From contig NC_043004.1 of the NCBI RefSeq assembly GCF_006345805.1, forward strand, positions 11,594,001 to 11,658,000: DNA of 64,000 bases. The letters are read 5' to 3'. Positions 63,106-64,000 of this stretch are shown here, piece after piece (the first letter of the stretch is position 1; each line of letters starts with the position of its first letter). The notes under the pieces were generated by a model. The model worked only from the letters and a program-made list of their open reading frames with translations. It did no database searches and was not told the origin of the DNA. Position numbers and translations under genes: made by a program. This DNA is from Octopus sinensis. Its lineage: Eukaryota.

Positions 63106-63339
63106 TTGAAGAAGAAAAAGAAGAAGAAGAAGAAAGAAGAAGAAGATAGAAGAAGAAAGAAGATGATGAAGAAGAAGAAGAAGGAAAAAGAGGAGAAGAA
63201 GAAGAAAGAGAAGAAGAAAAGAAAAAAAGAAGAAGAAAAGAAAGAGAAGAAGGAGGAGAAGAAGAAGAACAACAACAGCAAGAAAGAGAAGAAGAAGAAG
63301 AAGAAGAAGAAGAAGAAGAAGAAGAGAAAGAAGAAGAAT

Positions 63340-63370
<31 letters not shown>

Positions 63371-63404
63371 CGACGACGACGACGATGATGATGGGGATCA
63401 TGAA

Positions 63405-63473
<69 letters not shown>

Positions 63474-63910
63474 AGAAAGAAAGAAAGAAAGAAAGAAAGA
63501 CAGGAAACAACAGCAACAGGGTCAACAATAACCCCGAAACACAAATTCCTTCGCAGCTTCTCTAATCATTTTAGATTACTGTTATCCTTAGTATTTTCTT
63601 GTTACCTTTGCTGCTGCCGCCGCTGCTGATGGTGTTGTTGCAGTTGTTTGTCTTCTCCTTCTTCTTCTTTTCCTTCTACTTACTCTTCTCCACCATCTCA
63701 ATCACTCAATCGCCTTCTTAATCCTTCACTACTTTTTTCTTCTCCCTTACTTCTTTCTTCTTCTTCTTCTTCTTCTTCTTCTTCTTCTTCTTCTTCTTCT
63801 TCTTCTTCTTTCTTCTTTCTTCTTCTTCTTCTTCTTCTTCTTCTTCTTCTACTACTCCTACTACTACTATTACTACTACTCTTTTTCTTATTCTTCTCTT
63901 TCTTATTTTT

Positions 63911-63944
<34 letters not shown>

Positions 63945-64000
63945 CGAATTCCACATTCTCGTCTTCCACCTTCAATTTTCTTCTTCTTCCACTTCTTCTT
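63106..64000. repeat. (GAA)n/(GAT)n/(GAAA)n purine tract followed by a (CTT)n/(CTA)n pyrimidine tract
   Basis: Purine-rich on + from 63106 to ~63500, pyrimidine-rich from ~63650 to the window end. Confidence 0.92.

Overview
AT-rich eukaryotic, repeat-dominated DNA with no recognisable host gene. The SINE, microsatellite and Penelope content resembles octopod cephalopod (Octopus-like) intronic or intergenic sequence; this is inferred from family resemblance, not a database search. Contents: dozens of tRNA-derived SINEs (two abundant families, here called A and B, plus rarer ones); a nearly frame-intact, 5'-truncated R4/Dong-like RLE non-LTR retrotransposon inside a (TAA)n tract, plus older RLE relics; a full-length decayed DD41D Tc1/mariner; pogo-, hAT- and piggyBac-type MITEs; non-autonomous Helitrons; many Penelope-like terminal repeats with minimal hammerhead-like cores; and very many microsatellites. 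The most striking feature is a ~3.6-kb array (45927-49523) of ~160 copies of a ~23-bp unit. Each unit contains a TCF/LEF core (AGATCAAAG) next to a GCCG helper-like motif, and the array lies between the 5' body and the displaced 3' terminus of a Helitron. The best host-exon candidate is a 69-nt + strand exon at 62699-62767. Almost all ORFs in the supplied track are artefacts of low-complexity repeats. Coordinates of decayed repeats are approximate (about +/-10-20 nt).
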